DNA of 64,000 nucleotides from an uncultured Alphaproteobacteria bacterium (GCA_963847795.1 CAWKBH010000006.1:401559-465558); one strand, 5' to 3'. Counted from the stretch's first letter, positions 1-12,106 are shown. The notes: a model not told the origin generated them from the letters alone. Program-made: numbers and translations.

Positions 1-8
1 TTCGCCAG

Positions 9-2936
9 ATGTTCGACCAGGCTCCCGGCGTGATCGCGATGCTCGAAGGACCGGACCATGTCTTCACTATGGCGAACCGTGCCTATCTCGACCTGATCGG
101 CCATCGCGAGATCATCGGCAAACCGCTCTACCAGGCGCTGCCCGAAACCGTGGACCAGGGCCTCGTCGACGTGCTCGACCGGGTCCGCCGCCGCGGCGAG
201 CCCTATGTCGGCCGCGGCGTCCGACTGGCGCTGGAGCGCGCGCCCGGTGCCGCAGCGGAAGAGCGCTATCTCGACTTCGTCTATCAGCCGGTCAGCGGCG
301 AGGACGGCAGCGCCACCGGCATCTTCGTGCAGGCGCACGACGTCACCGAGCAGAAGCGGGCCGAAATCGCGCTTCGCGAAAGCGAGGCGCGCTTCCGGCT
401 GGTGGCCGAGAACGCTCCGGTCATGCTCTGGATGGGCGACCGGGTCGGCGGCTGCGTCTACCTGAACGCGGCCCAGCGGACGTTCTGGGGGGTCGAACCT
501 GCGGACATCGCGGCATTCACCTGGGCAGACACCGTGCATCCCGACGACCGCGAGGCACTCAACCGGCCGTTCGAGAAGGCGATGGCGGAGCACCGCGCCT
601 TCTCGGTCGAGAGCCGCCTGCGCCGGGCGGATGGAGCCTTCCGCCATGTCGTCACCAGCGCCCAGCCCCGTTTCGGGGCCGACGGGACGTTTCTGGGGAT
701 GATCGGCGTAAACGTCGACGTGACCGAGATCCGGGACGGTGAAGCGCAGCTCCGCGCCGAGGCCGAGCGATTAGCGACGCTCAACCGTACCGGCGCCGCC
801 ATCGCCGCCGAGCTCGACCTCAAGCACATCGTCGAGCTGGTCATCGATGCCTGCGTCTCGCTGACCGGAGCGCAGGTCGGCGCATTCTTCTACAACGTCC
901 TCGACGACGAGGGCGCCCGGTATATGCTCTACGCGCTGTCCGGCGCCCGGCGGGAAGCGTTTGACGGCTTCCCGATGCCGCGGGCCACGGCGATCTTCCA
1001 GCCGACGTTCAGGGGCGAGGGCATCGTCCGCTCGGACGATGTTCTCAACGATCCGCGCTACGGGCTCAGCGAACCGTTCCGCGGCATGCCCGAGGGACAT
1101 CCGCCGGTGCGCAGCTACCTCGCCGTGCCGGTTGCATCGCGGTCGGGCGAGGTGATCGGAGGGCTGTTCTTCGGCCACGCCGAGACCGGGGTCTTCGGAA
1201 GCCGGCATGAGGAGATCGTCGCGGGTATCGCCGGCCAGGCGGCGACCGCCATCGACAACGCGCGGCTGCTTGAAGAGGCCGAGCGCGAACTCGCCGAGCG
1301 ACGGCGGGCCGAGGCGGCGCTGCAGGCGCTGAACGAGACGCTCGAGCAGCGGGTCGCCGACGCGGTCGCTGAGCAGTCACGGGCCGAGGAGGCTCTGCGC
1401 CAGGCGCAGAAGATGGAGGCGATCGGCAAGCTGACCGGCGGGATCGCGCACGACTTCAACAATCTCCTGCAGGTGATCTCGGGCAACCTGCAACTCCTCG
1501 CCCGCGACGTCGCCGGTCACGAGCGCGCCGAGGCCCGCATCGCAAACGCTCTGGTCGGGGTTGGCCAGGGCTCCAAGCTCGCCAGCCAGCTCCTGGCGTT
1601 CAGCCGCCGCCAGCCACTGGAGCCCAAGGTGCTGAACGTCGGCCGGCTGGTGACCGGCATGGACGAGATGCTGCGCCGAACCATCGGTGACGGGATCGAG
1701 GTCGAGACTGTGGTAGCCGGCGGCCTCTGGAACAGCCTGATCGACCCGACACGCCTCGAGATGGCGGTCCTGAACCTCGCGCTGAACGGCCGCGACGCCA
1801 TGGGTGGCAACGGCAGGCTCACCGTCGAGGTCGGCAATGCCTTTCTCGACGATGGCTACTCCCGCGCCCACAGCGACGTGCGGCCCGGCCAGTACGTGGT
1901 GCTGGCGGTCACCGACACCGGCAGCGGCATCGCTCGCGAGATCTTGGACCAAGTGTTCGAGCCGTTCTTCTCGACCAAGCCGCAGGGTCAGGGCACCGGC
2001 CTCGGCCTGTCCATGGTCTACGGCTTCGTCAAGCAGTCCGGCGGGCACGTGAAGATCTACAGCGAGCCGGCGCAGGGAACCACGGTCAAGCTCTACCTGC
2101 CGCGGATCGACCGGAGCGAGGACCTGCCGACCTCGGTCGTCGCCGGCCCGGCCGCCGGCGGCACCGAAACGGTCCTTGTCGCCGAGGACGACGACGGCGT
2201 GCGCGCCACCGTGGTCGAAATGCTTTCCGACCTCGGCTACCGGGTGCTGACAGCCAGTGATGCCGCAAGTGCGCTGCACGTGATCGAGAGCGGCATCCCG
2301 ATCGACGTGCTCTTCACCGACGTGGTGATGCCCGGCAAGCTGCGCAGCCCGGAACTGGCGCGGATGGCGCGCGCACGGCTGCCCGGGCTCGCCGTGCTCT
2401 TTACCTCGGGCTATACCGAGAACGCCATCGTGCACGACGGCCGCCTCGACCCCGGGCTCGAGCTCCTGTCCAAACCCTACACGCGCGATGCGCTGGCGCG
2501 AAAGCTGCGCGCCGTCCTCGCCGGGGCGGCCGGACCGCGGGCCGCGGCCGACGGCGCGGCGCAGGACGCGGCGTTGAGCGTGTTGCTTTGCGAGGACGAT
2601 GCCCTGATCCGGCTGAACACCGCCGATCTGCTGCGCGACGCCGGGATGACGGTGATCGAGGCCGGCTCGGGAGCCGAGGCGCTGGCGGCCCTGAAAGAGC
2701 GGCGGCCGGATGTCTTCGTCATCGACGTGGGACTGCCGGACATGTCCGGGGTCGAGCTGGCGGGACGGATCCGGGCGATCGTGCCCGAGGCCCCGGTTGT
2801 CTTCGCCACCGGCCACGCCGAGCTGCCCGAGGCCAAGGGCATGGCGAGGGTCGAGACTGTCCGCAAGCCCTACGCCGAGGAAGACCTGCGGGCCAGCATC
2901 GAGCGCCTGTCCCGCCGCCGCGGCACCGCGCGCTAG
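9..2936 (+). CDS. Cytoplasmic hybrid sensor histidine kinase (PAS-PAS-GAF-HisKA-HATPase-REC-REC); probably starts upstream of the window
   Basis: PAS/PAC ends (FVQAHDVTEQK, GVNVDVTE), GAF (RSYLAVP), H-box GGIAHDFNN, G-box GTGLGLS, two receivers (VLVAEDD, VLLCEDD); frame is open to the window edge. Confidence 0.93.
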   Translation: MFDQAPGVIAMLEGPDHVFTMANRAYLDLIGHREIIGKPLYQALPETVDQGLVDVLDRVRRRGEPYVGRGVRLALERAPGAAAEERYLDFVYQPVSGEDGSATGIFVQAHDVTEQKRAEIALRESEARFRLVAENAPVMLWMGDRVGGCVYLNAAQRTFWGVEPADIAAFTWADTVHPDDREALNRPFEKAMAEHRAFSVESRLRRADGAFRHVVTSAQPRFGADGTFLGMIGVNVDVTEIRDGEAQLRAEAERLATLNRTGAAIAAELDLKHIVELVIDACVSLTGAQVGAFFYNVLDDEGARYMLYALSGARREAFDGFPMPRATAIFQPTFRGEGIVRSDDVLNDPRYGLSEPFRGMPEGHPPVRSYLAVPVASRSGEVIGGLFFGHAETGVFGSRHEEIVAGIAGQAATAIDNARLLEEAERELAERRRAEAALQALNETLEQRVADAVAEQSRAEEALRQAQKMEAIGKLTGGIAHDFNNLLQVISGNLQLLARDVAGHERAEARIANALVGVGQGSKLASQLLAFSRRQPLEPKVLNVGRLVTGMDEMLRRTIGDGIEVETVVAGGLWNSLIDPTRLEMAVLNLALNGRDAMGGNGRLTVEVGNAFLDDGYSRAHSDVRPGQYVVLAVTDTGSGIAREILDQVFEPFFSTKPQGQGTGLGLSMVYGFVKQSGGHVKIYSEPAQGTTVKLYLPRIDRSEDLPTSVVAGPAAGGTETVLVAEDDDGVRATVVEMLSDLGYRVLTASDAASALHVIESGIPIDVLFTDVVMPGKLRSPELARMARARLPGLAVLFTSGYTENAIVHDGRLDPGLELLSKPYTRDALARKLRAVLAGAAGPRAAADGAAQDAALSVLLCEDDALIRLNTADLLRDAGMTVIEAGSGAEALAALKERRPDVFVIDVGLPDMSGVELAGRIRAIVPEAPVVFATGHAELPEAKGMARVETVRKPYAEEDLRASIERLSRRRGTAR

Positions 2937-3044
2937 GCCGACCGTGCGCCCGCCGCCTCTGACGTGCGTCGGCAAGGCACATTGCTGCGAAGACCGCCGG
3001 ACGTAGGGTAAGGACCGCGGTTCGCGTGTTTTCGCGAGTTAGAT

Positions 3045-3069
3045 GAAACCAAGGCGCCCGTCGCGCGTT
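3045..3069 (+). promoter_or_regulatory. Candidate sigma-EcfG (general stress response) promoter
   Basis: GAAAC-N16-CGTT ending 26 bp before the actA start; consensus GGAAC-N16/17-CGTT. Confidence 0.5.
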
Positions 3070-3095
3070 CGCCGAGGGAAGCCTGCGGGGGACAG

Positions 3096-3758
3096 TTGGC
3101 GCAGATCTTCTCACCCTCGGCCGACCTGCGGTTGCGCTTGTTCATGGCGTTGGCGGTGGTGGCCGTAGTCGGCGCCGGCCTTGTCGCGGGCGGCTACGTC
3201 CAGTCGAGTTACGCCACCTTGGCCGGTTGGGTGGTCGACCAGCCGGTACCGTTCAGCCACCAGCACCACGTCGGCGGCCTCGGCCTCGACTGCCGCTACT
3301 GTCACGCTGGCGTCGAGGTCAGCGCCCAGGCCGGCCTCCCCGCCACCGAGGTCTGCATGACCTGTCATTCCCAGCTCTGGACCGGGGCCGCGATGCTCGC
3401 GCCGGTGCGCGACAGCCTCGCCAACGGCACGCCGCTGCGCTGGAACCGGGTGGCCCGCCTGCCCGACTACGTCTATTTCAACCACTCGATCCACATCGAC
3501 CGCGGGGTGCCCTGCGTCGAATGCCACGGTCGCGTCGACCGGATGCCGCTGATGGCGCGCGCCAAGCCCTTCCAGATGGGCTGGTGCCTCGACTGCCACC
3601 GCGACCCGGGCCCGCACCTGCGCCCGCCTGACCAGGTGACCCGCATGGACTGGTCCGACTGGACCGCGGCGCGCGCCGCCGCCTACGGCGCCCGCGCCGT
3701 CGCCGCCCACCACATCGACCCCGCCCGCCTCGACGACTGCAGCATCTGCCACCGATGA
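3096..3758 (+). CDS. actA: Alternative complex III pentaheme cytochrome c subunit
   Basis: N-terminal TM helix, QPVPFSHQHH, five CxxCH (CRYCH, CMTCH, CVECH, CLDCH, CSICH); TTG start. Confidence 0.92.
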   Translation: MAQIFSPSADLRLRLFMALAVVAVVGAGLVAGGYVQSSYATLAGWVVDQPVPFSHQHHVGGLGLDCRYCHAGVEVSAQAGLPATEVCMTCHSQLWTGAAMLAPVRDSLANGTPLRWNRVARLPDYVYFNHSIHIDRGVPCVECHGRVDRMPLMARAKPFQMGWCLDCHRDPGPHLRPPDQVTRMDWSDWTAARAAAYGARAVAAHHIDPARLDDCSICHR

Positions 3759-6647
3759 GCCAGGACCGCCGCATCCCCGACCTCGCCCGCCACACCGGCC
3801 GCGCCTTCTGGCGCGCACTCGACGAGGCCGCCGACGGCCCCGATCTCGCGGCCCTGGTCGAGCGCGAGTTCCCGTCGCTGGCCCGCTTCGGGCCGACCGA
3901 CCGCCGCGGAGCGCTCAAGGTGATGGGCGCCTCGCTGGCGCTCGCCGGCCTCACCGGGTGCCGCTGGAGTCCCGACGAGAGCGCGCTTCCGTATGTTCGG
4001 ACCCCGGAGGGCGAGACCGAGGGCGTGCCCGCCTACTATGCCACAGCCACCACCATGTCGGGCTACGCCCGGCCGGTCCTGGGCAAGACCTACGCCGGCC
4101 GGCCGGTCAAGCTCGAGGGCAACCCCGACCATCCCGCCTGGCGCGGCGCCACCGACATCTTCCTGCAGGCGGCGCTGCTCGGCCTCTACGATCCCGATCG
4201 CGCCGGCGCCCCGCGCCACCTCGACCGCCCGACCGACTGGCAGGCCTTCGACACCGCGATGGCGGACCTGGCCGCCCGGCACGACCGCAGCGGTGGCGCC
4301 GGCTTGCGGCTCCTGACCGGCGCCGTCACCTCGCCGACGCTGTTGCGGCAGATCGATGCCCTGCTGGCGCGCTGGCCCGAGGCCCGCTGGCACGCCTTCG
4401 AGCCCTGCGGCGACGCCCTCGGCCTCCGCGCCAGCGCGCTTGCCTTCGGGCGCCCGCTCGAGGTCCATCCCGCGCTCGACGCCGCGGAGGTCGTGGTCAG
4501 CCTCGACCACGACCTCCTCGGCCCCGGCCCCCACCAGGCCGTGTACGCCCGCGGCTGGTCCGCCCGCCGCCGCGCCTGGCGCGAGGGCGACGGCGCCAGC
4601 CGTCTCTTCGTCGCCGAGCCGGTGCCGAGCGCAACCGGCGCGCTGGCCGAGGCCCGCCTGCCGCTCGAGCCCGCCCGGCTCGCCGCCGTGGCCCAGGGCC
4701 TCGCAGCCGCCGTCGAGACCGGCGCCCCGGCGGCCGGCCTTGCGGAGCCCGAACGAGCCTGGGTCGATGCCGCTGCGGCAGCCCTCGTCCTCCACCGCGG
4801 CCGCAGCCTCGTCATCGCCGGCCCGCAGCAGCCGCCCGAGATCCAGGCGCTCGCGCTGATTCTGACCGCCCGCCTCGGCGGCCTCGGCAGCACCCTCACC
4901 TGCACCGACCCGGTCGCTCGCCAGCCGGCGACGCCGCTTGCCGATCTCGGCGACGCCGCCACCGCCGGCGAGGTCGCCACTCTGGTCGTGCTCGAGAGCA
5001 ACCCGCTCTACGCGATGCCGCCGGACGATCCGCTTCGCGCCGCCTTCGACCGCATCCCGCTCCGCATCCACGCCGGCCTCTATCGCGACGAGACCGCGGC
5101 CGCCTGCCATTGGCACGTCCCGCTGGCCCATGATCTCGAAAGCTGGGGCGACGCCCGCAGCCTCGACGGCACAGCCAGCCTGATCCAGCCCCTGGTCCGG
5201 CCGCTGCACGGCGCCCGCTCGGCGGTGGCATTCCTGTCGGGTCTGCTCGGCTGGAGCGGCAGCGACCACGACGCCGTCCAGGCGACCTGGCGCGACGCCT
5301 GGGGCGCCGACTTCGATGCCCGCTGGCGCGACGCGCTTCTCAAGGGCTTCGTCGCCGACAGCGCGGCAGCCGCAATCCGTCCCGAGCCTGCGAGCCCGCC
5401 GCCCGTCCCTGAGCGCGGCTCCGAGGGGCTGGCGGTCGCGGTGCGTCCGCACGCTTCGCGTCTGGGACGGCCGCTTCGCCAACAACGGCTGGCTGCAGGA
5501 GACCCCGGCGCCGCTCAGCAAGGTCACCTGGGGCAACGTCATCGAGATCAGCCCCGCCCTGGCCGCCCGCCACGGGCTGGCGACCGGCGACGAGATCCGC
5601 CTCACCGCCGGCGGCCGAACCCTCGCCGGCCCGGTCTGGATCGCGCCGGGGCAGGCGCCCGGAGACGCTCGGCCTCAGCCTCGGCCACGGCCGCCGCATC
5701 GCCGGCCGGGTCGGTGACGGCGTCGGCTACGACGCCTTCGCCTTCCTTCCGCCCGGCGGCGCGCCCCGGAGCTTCGCCGCTCGATGGCCTCGAGCCCACC
5801 GGCAAGCGCCAGACCGTCGCCACCACCCAGGCTGCACCAGGCGATGGACGGCCACGACTTCGTGCGCACGACACCCCGCGGCACGCCGCTGCCGCCCGCA
5901 CCTGAACAGGCGAGCTTCTACCATCCCGAACGCAGCTCACCATCCTGGGCGATGACCATCGACCTCGACGCCTGCATCGGCTGCAACGCCTGCCTCGTCG
6001 CCTGCGTCGCCGAGAACAACATCCCCGTGGTCGGCAAGGAGCTGGTCGCCGAGGGCCGCGAGATGCACTGGATGCGGGTCGACCGCTACCACGAGGGCGA
6101 CCCGGCGGCGCCGCGCACCTTCTTCCAGCCGGTTCCCTGCATGCACTGCGAGCAGGCGCCCTGCGAGATGGGCTGCCCGGTCAACGCGACCGTCCACGAC
6201 AGCGAGGGCCTGAACCTGCAGGTCTACAACCGCTGCATCGGCACCCGCACCTGCTCGTCGTTCTGCCCCTACAAGGTCCGCCGCTTCAACTGGTTCGACC
6301 TGACCGGCGACGACCCGCCCGAGATCCGGGCGATGCGCAATCCCGAGGTCACGGTCCGCGGCCGCGGCGTGATGGAGAAATGCACCTATTGCGTCCAGCG
6401 CATCAGCGCCGCCCGGATCGCCGCCAAGCTCGAGGACCGTCCGGTCCGCGACGGCGAGGTCGTCACCGCCTGCCAGGCCGCGTGCCCGACCGAGGCCATC
6501 GCCTTCGGCGACATGACCGATCCGGAGACAGCCGTGAGCAAGCTCAGGGCCGGCGGGCGCAACTACCCGCTGCTGCCGGAGGCCAACACCCGCCCGAGCA
6601 CCACCTACCTCGCCCGCCTCGACCCCGATCCGGAGGAGCCGACGTGA
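3755..6647 (+). CDS. actB: Alternative complex III subunit B (molybdopterin-oxidoreductase-like domain plus 4Fe-4S domain); frameshifts near 5460, 5670, 5830
   Basis: FWRALDE, Tat/lipoprotein signal [46 protein letters not shown], Fe-S motifs [30 protein letters not shown] spread over three frames. Confidence 0.88.
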
Positions 6648-7973
6648 CCGACGCCACCGCCGAGCCCTCCGCCGTCGCCGAGGTCATCGCGCTGCCGCTG
6701 GACTATCCCGAGCCGCGCGCCTGGTGGATTCTGCTTCGGCTTCGCGCTGGCGCTGCTCCTGGTCTTCTTCATCTCCGTCGGCGTGCTCTTCACCTACGGC
6801 GTCGGGGTCTGGGGCAACAACATCCCGGTCAACTGGGGCTTTCCGATCGCGAACTACGTCTGGTTCCTCGGCATCGGCCACGCCGGCACCCTGATCTCGG
6901 CCCTGCTGCTCCTGACCGGAACCGGACGGCGCAACGTCCTCAACCGGTTCGCGGAATCGATGACGCTGTTTTCGGTGATCTGCGCCGGGCTCTATCCGAT
7001 CCTGCATCTCGGCCGGCCCTGGCTCTTCTACTGGACCGCGCCCTATCCCAGCACCATGCAGGTCTGGCCGCAGTTCAAGAGCCCGCTGGCATGGGACTTC
7101 TTCGCGGTGCTGATCTACCTGATCGTCTCGGCGATCTTCTGGTATATCGGCGCGATTCCCGACTTCGCCAGCGTGCGCGACCGGGCGACCACGCGCCCGG
7201 CGCAGGTGTTCTACGGCCTGCTGGCGCTCGGCTGGCGCGGCTCGGCGCGGCACTGGGCGCGCTGGCGGCAGGCCTACCGGCTGACCGCGGCGCTGGCGGT
7301 ACCGCTGGTCTTCGCCGTCACCGCCTCCTACGCGCTGCTCTTCGCCGCCGGCCCGGTCCCGGGCTGGGCCTCGACGATCTATCCGCCCTATTTCTTCGCC
7401 GGCGCGGTGTTCTCCGGCTTTGCGGTGGTGGCGATGATCGCGGTGATCCTGCGCCACGCCCTCGGTCTGGGCGCCCTCCTGACCGAGAGCCATCTCGACC
7501 TGATCGGCAAGCTTCTGCTCGCGACCGGCCTGATGACCGCCTACGGCTATCTCGCCGAGGCCTTCACCGCGCTCTACTCCGGCGACAGCTTCGAGCTCAA
7601 CACGCTGATGGACCGGCTCGGCGGCATGTACGCCTGGAGCTACTGGGGCGCGGTGATCGCCAATTTCGTGCCGCTGCAGCTGCTCTGGTTCGCCCGCGTC
7701 CGGCAGCACCCGATCGCCCTCGGCCTGATCGGGCTGTCGGTCACCATCGGCATGTGGCTCGAGCGCTACATGCTGCTGGTCTCCTCGCTCTACCGCGACT
7801 GGCTGGTATCGTCCTGGGGCAGCTTTCACGCCACGTTCTGGGACTGGAGCCTGTTCGCCGGCATGATCGGCGTGTTCCTGGTCCCGTTCCTGCTCTTCGT
7901 GCGCTTCCTGCCGGTGATTTCGGTATTCGAGATCCGCGAGGCGCGGTTCGAGGCAGGCAGGTCCGATGGCTGA
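6644..7973 (+). CDS. actC: Alternative complex III NrfD-family quinol-binding membrane subunit; frameshift near 6735
   Basis: [50 protein letters not shown]; GTG overlaps the actB stop. Confidence 0.9.
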
Positions 7974-8481
7974 CCGCGCCACGCTCCTCGCCGAGTTCGA
8001 CCGCCCCGAGGCGCTGCTCGCGGCAGCGCGCGCGCTCCGGCGAGACGGCTGGCGCGAGCTCGACGCCTGCAGCCCGTTCCCGATCGACGGCCTCGCCGAG
8101 GCGATCGGCTTCGCGGACAACCGCGTCGCCTGGCTGACGCTCGCCGGTGGCGTCTTCGGGCTGGTCGCGGGCTTCGGACTGCAGGTCTACACCAACCTCG
8201 ACTACCCCATCGATGTCGGCGGCAGACCCCTGGTGACCTGGCCCGCCTTCCTGCTGGTCGCCTTCGTCATCATGGTGCTTTCCGCCGTCTGCTTCGCCGT
8301 CGGCGGGATGCTCGCCCTGAACCGCCTGCCGCGGCTCAGCCATCCGCTGTTCGACGACCCGCGCTTCGGCGTGGCGAGCGGCGACCGCTTCTTCCTGGTC
8401 GTCGGCGCCAGCGACCCGGAGCGCGCCCGAGCCGCCCTCGCGGCGGTCGGCCCAGGGCGCATTGCCGAGGTCGCGTCGTGA
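7966..8481 (+). CDS. actD: Alternative complex III subunit D (DUF3341)
   Basis: LLAEFDRPEALL, SPFPIDG, DYPIDVGGRP, two TM helices; operon position. Confidence 0.88.
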   Translation: MADRATLLAEFDRPEALLAAARALRRDGWRELDACSPFPIDGLAEAIGFADNRVAWLTLAGGVFGLVAGFGLQVYTNLDYPIDVGGRPLVTWPAFLLVAFVIMVLSAVCFAVGGMLALNRLPRLSHPLFDDPRFGVASGDRFFLVVGASDPERARAALAAVGPGRIAEVAS

Positions 8482-9002
8482 AGCGCTCCGCGGTCGCCCT
8501 GTTGCTCGTCGCCGCCGCCTGCGAGATGAGCGATCAGCCGCGCTACGACAGCTACGAGCCGAGCCCGCTCTTCGCTGACGGCGCCTCGCTGCAGGCCCCG
8601 CCCGAAGGGGCCTTGGCCCGGGGTGCGTCGACGCTGGCCGCCGCGCTCTCCGAGCGTCCGCCGCTGACCGCGGACCTGGTCGCGCGCGGCCGCCAGCGCT
8701 ATGCAATCGACTGCGTCCCCTGCCACGGGCTCGACGGCGACGGCGACGGCATCGTGCCCGCCCGCGGCTTCCCGCGGCCGCCGAGCTTTCACGAGGCCCG
8801 CCTGCGGGACGCACCATCGTCCTGGTTCGTCGAGGTCATCACCCACGGCCACGGGGTCATGTACCCCTACGCCGATCGCGTCGCCCCCTCCGACCGCTGG
8901 GCGATCGCCGCCTACATCCGGGCTCTGCAGCTCAGCCGGAACGCCCCCGCCGCCGAACTTACTGACGACGACCGCGCCCGGCTGGCCGAGGCGGGGCAAT
9001 GA
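8478..9002 (+). CDS. actE: Alternative complex III monoheme cytochrome c lipoprotein
   Basis: Lipobox VAAAC, MSDQPRY, CVPCH, DRWAIAAYIRALQ. Confidence 0.88.
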   Translation: MKRSAVALLLVAAACEMSDQPRYDSYEPSPLFADGASLQAPPEGALARGASTLAAALSERPPLTADLVARGRQRYAIDCVPCHGLDGDGDGIVPARGFPRPPSFHEARLRDAPSSWFVEVITHGHGVMYPYADRVAPSDRWAIAAYIRALQLSRNAPAAELTDDDRARLAEAGQ

Positions 9003-10027
9003 GCCGCACTCTGTCCCTGGCCGGCGGCGCGGCCGCAGTGCTGGCGCTTCTGGCCGCTCTGCTCGACCCCGCCCGCGCCCTGCCCGGCTGGCTCGTCGCC
9101 TTCGCCTTCTGGTCCGGGGTGCCGGTCGGCGCGCTGTTTCTGCTGATGCTGATGCGGATCCTTCCCGGTCCATGGAGCGTCCTCGCGCCCGCCACCAGTG
9201 TAGCGGCGCTGCTCATGCCGCTTGCCGTTCTCGCCGCCCTGCCGGTGGCGCTCGGGCTCGCCACCCTCTATCCTTGGAGCGCAGGCGACCTCGGTACCGC
9301 GTTCCGCTCCGGCTACCTGAGCGGCTGGTTCGCCGGCCTGCGCTCGGGCATCTTCTTCGCGGGCTGCATCGTGCTCGCGATCCTGCTTTCCCTGCCGCGA
9401 CCCGGAACGCGGGCGCTGGCGACCGGCGCCCTCGTCGTGTTCGTCCCCTTCCACTCCCTGATCGCGGTCGATTGGCTGATGTCGCTCGACCCGGCGTTCC
9501 ATTCCTCCGTCTTCGGCCTCTACGTGCTCTCGATCCAGGCCACCACCGCGCTCTCGGCGCTCCTGATCGTCCGCCTCGTGAACCTGCCCGCGGGCCACGA
9601 CCCGCGGCCGCTCGGAGCGATCCTGCTGACCGCGCTCCTGCTCTGGGTCTACTTCGCCTACATGCAGTATCTGATCTCCTGGTCGGACAACCTCCCCGCC
9701 AGCGCCGCCTGGTACGGCCGCCGCAGCGAAGGCGGCTGGGCGCTCGTCTTCCCGGCAGTCGTGCTCCTCCACGCCGTTCCGACCGCTTTTCTGCTCTTCC
9801 CGCCATTCCGCGTCAGCCGGACCGCGCTGATCGGATTCTGCGTGGCGATCCTCGTCGGCAAGGCGCTGGAGACCGCCTGGCTGGTGCTGCCCGAGTTCCC
9901 GGCCGGCTCGATCACGATCCTGACCACGCTCCTTGCCCTCGCCGGCCTCGGCGGGCTCGGTCTCGCAGCCGCCCCACTGGCCGCCCGGCTTCGAGATGCC
10001 GGCGACCGCCGGCACGCCCGGCCATGA
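8999..10027 (+). CDS. actF: Alternative complex III membrane subunit F
   Basis: Polytopic; AVDWLMSLDPAFHSSVFG, YFAYMQYLISWSDNLP. Confidence 0.82.
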   Translation: MSRTLSLAGGAAAVLALLAALLDPARALPGWLVAFAFWSGVPVGALFLLMLMRILPGPWSVLAPATSVAALLMPLAVLAALPVALGLATLYPWSAGDLGTAFRSGYLSGWFAGLRSGIFFAGCIVLAILLSLPRPGTRALATGALVVFVPFHSLIAVDWLMSLDPAFHSSVFGLYVLSIQATTALSALLIVRLVNLPAGHDPRPLGAILLTALLLWVYFAYMQYLISWSDNLPASAAWYGRRSEGGWALVFPAVVLLHAVPTAFLLFPPFRVSRTALIGFCVAILVGKALETAWLVLPEFPAGSITILTTLLALAGLGGLGLAAAPLAARLRDAGDRRHARP

Positions 10028-10392
10028 CGAGGGCGCCTGGCCACGAGACCCGCGACCTGCCGCCCGGCGCCATTCTGGTCGCGCTCGGCGGTATCTTCGT
10101 GCTGATCGCCGTCACCGGCATCGGCGTCGCCGTGCTGCTCCACAACCTCGAGCGCCGGGCGGAGCCCGCCGGCCTGACCGCGTTCCCGGCTGCCGCCGAG
10201 GCTCGGACAGGGCCGCCGCTGGAGGTCGACCCGGCCGCCGAGCGCGTCGCACTGGAGGCCCGCGCCCGTGCCCGGCTCCAGGGCTATGCCTGGACCGACC
10301 GCGACGCCGGTCTCGCCCGGATTCCTATCGAGCGAGCCATGGCCCTCCTGGTTGCGCGCGGCTGGCCCGACCCGGAGGCACCGGCCAAATGA
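10024..10392 (+). CDS. Small single-TM protein (ActG-like)
   Basis: C-terminal part of ORF 8701..10392: MTRAPGHETRDL, one TM, LQGYAWTDRDAGLARIPIERAM; coupled to actF and SCO. Confidence 0.7.
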   Translation: MTRAPGHETRDLPPGAILVALGGIFVLIAVTGIGVAVLLHNLERRAEPAGLTAFPAAAEARTGPPLEVDPAAERVALEARARARLQGYAWTDRDAGLARIPIERAMALLVARGWPDPEAPAK

Positions 10393-11159
10393 CCCGGCTC
10401 GCGCTGCTCCTGCTCGTGCTCGCCACCCCGGCCTTCGGCTTCGACGCCTTCAGCGCGACCGGGATCGATCGCCGCGACGGCGCGCAGATCCCCCTCGACC
10501 TGCCGTTCCATGACCAGGACGGCGCCACGGTCACCCTCGCGGACCTGGCGAAGCGCCGGCCGATCCTGCTTGTGCCGGTGCTGCACGATTGCCCGAACAT
10601 CTGCGGTGTCACTTTGGCCGGCCTGGCTCAGGCTATCCTCGGCCAGCCCTACCGCCCCGGCCGCGACTTCGCCTTCGTCGCCTTCGGCATCGACCCCGCC
10701 GAGGGACCGGCCGACGCCCGAGCCTCGCTCGACCGGCTCGCGGCCGACTTCCCGCTTCTCGACCGGGCCAGCCTGCGCGGCCTGACCGGCGCGGCGCCCG
10801 ACGTCGCTGCCGTCACCGCGGCCCTCGGCTACCGCTACGCCTGGGACCCCGACATCGGCCAGTATGCCCACCTCGCCGCCACCGCCGTACTTACCCCGGA
10901 CGGCCGGCTGGCGCGCTGGCTCTACGGCATCGCCCCCGACCCCGAGGACCTGAAACTCGCCCTCACCGAGGCGGGCCAGGGCCGCCTCGGCAGCTGGCGC
11001 GACCAGTTGCTGCTGCTCTGCTACCACTACAACCCGGTCACCGGCCGCTACGGCTCGCTCATCACCGGCCTCCTGCGCCTGGCCGGCGGCTTCACCGCCG
11101 GCGGCGGCGCGCTGCTGATCGGCTACGCGTTCCTGCGCGAACGCCGCAGAACCCGATGA
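10389..11159 (+). CDS. SCO1/SenC copper chaperone
   Basis: Signal peptide, CPNIC (CxxxC), conserved His (QYAH), LLLCYHYNP. Confidence 0.88.
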   Translation: MTRLALLLLVLATPAFGFDAFSATGIDRRDGAQIPLDLPFHDQDGATVTLADLAKRRPILLVPVLHDCPNICGVTLAGLAQAILGQPYRPGRDFAFVAFGIDPAEGPADARASLDRLAADFPLLDRASLRGLTGAAPDVAAVTAALGYRYAWDPDIGQYAHLAATAVLTPDGRLARWLYGIAPDPEDLKLALTEAGQGRLGSWRDQLLLLCYHYNPVTGRYGSLITGLLRLAGGFTAGGGALLIGYAFLRERRRTR

Positions 11160-12106
11160 GCTGGCTCACCAGCCTCTGGCCCGCACGCGCCTCCGCCTAT
11201 GGCGGGCAGGTCGACCTGATGATCGTCGGGCTCACCGTGCTGATCGTGCTGCTTTCCGCCCCCGTCTTCATCCTGATCGCGGTCTTCGCACTGAAGTACC
11301 GCCGCGGTCGCCCCGCGAACCGCAAGCACCGGGTCGACCGCAGCGTCGGCCTGGAAACCTCCTGGGCGCTGATCCCGTTCCTGCTGCTGCTCGGCTTCTA
11401 TTTCTGGGCGACCTGGCTCTTCGTGGTGCAGCACAGCCCTCCCGACGGTGCGCTGGAGATCCAGGTCGTCGCCAAGCAGTGGATGTGGAAGTTCCAGCAT
11501 CCCGGCGGCCAGCGCGAGATCAACACGCTGCACGTGCCGGTCGGCACCCCGGTGAAGCTGACCATGGCTTCGCAGGACGTGATCCACTCGCTGTTCATTC
11601 CGGCGCTCAGGATCAAGCAGGACGTGGTTCCCGGCCGCTATACCACGCTCTGGTTCACCGCCGACACCCCTGGCACATGGCACCTCGCCTGCGCCGAGTT
11701 CTGCGGCACCGACCACTCGCTGATGGGCGGCAGCTTCATCACCCAGACGCCCCAGGACTACGCCCGCTGGCTGGCGGACTCCGGCACCGACGGGACCCTC
11801 GCCGCCGCCGGCGCCGCGCTCTTCCGCAGCCACGGCTGCAGCGGCTGCCACGGCCCCGCCGCGACAGTCCACGCCCCGCCGCTCGAAGGCCTCTACGGGT
11901 CGACCGTACCGCTGGCCGACGGCAGCACCACCACCGCCGACGACCAGTACCTCCGCGACAGCATCCTGCTGCCGCAGTCGCAGATCGCCGCCGGATACCC
12001 CACGATCATGCCCACCTTCGCCAACCAGCTCGGCGAGGACGAGGTGCTGAAGCTCGTCGCCTACATCAAGTCCCTCGCAACCGCCGCCCCGCCGGAGTCG
12101 CCATGA
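11156..12106 (+). CDS. coxB: caa3-type cytochrome c oxidase subunit II with fused cytochrome c
   Basis: Two TM helices, KQWMW, DVIHS, Cu[14 protein letters not shown]-terminal CSGCH. Confidence 0.93.
   Translation: MSWLTSLWPARASAYGGQVDLMIVGLTVLIVLLSAPVFILIAVFALKYRRGRPANRKHRVDRSVGLETSWALIPFLLLLGFYFWATWLFVVQHSPPDGALEIQVVAKQWMWKFQHPGGQREINTLHVPVGTPVKLTMASQDVIHSLFIPALRIKQDVVPGRYTTLWFTADTPGTWHLACAEFCGTDHSLMGGSFITQTPQDYARWLADSGTDGTLAAAGAALFRSHGCSGCHGPAATVHAPPLEGLYGSTVPLADGSTTTADDQYLRDSILLPQSQIAAGYPTIMPTFANQLGEDEVLKLVAYIKSLATAAPPESP

Noticed and set aside
3755-6647. actB naturally split into B1 and B2 genes
   Set aside because: Breaks fall inside conserved sequence with no convincing RBS or start, and match the window-wide indel pattern
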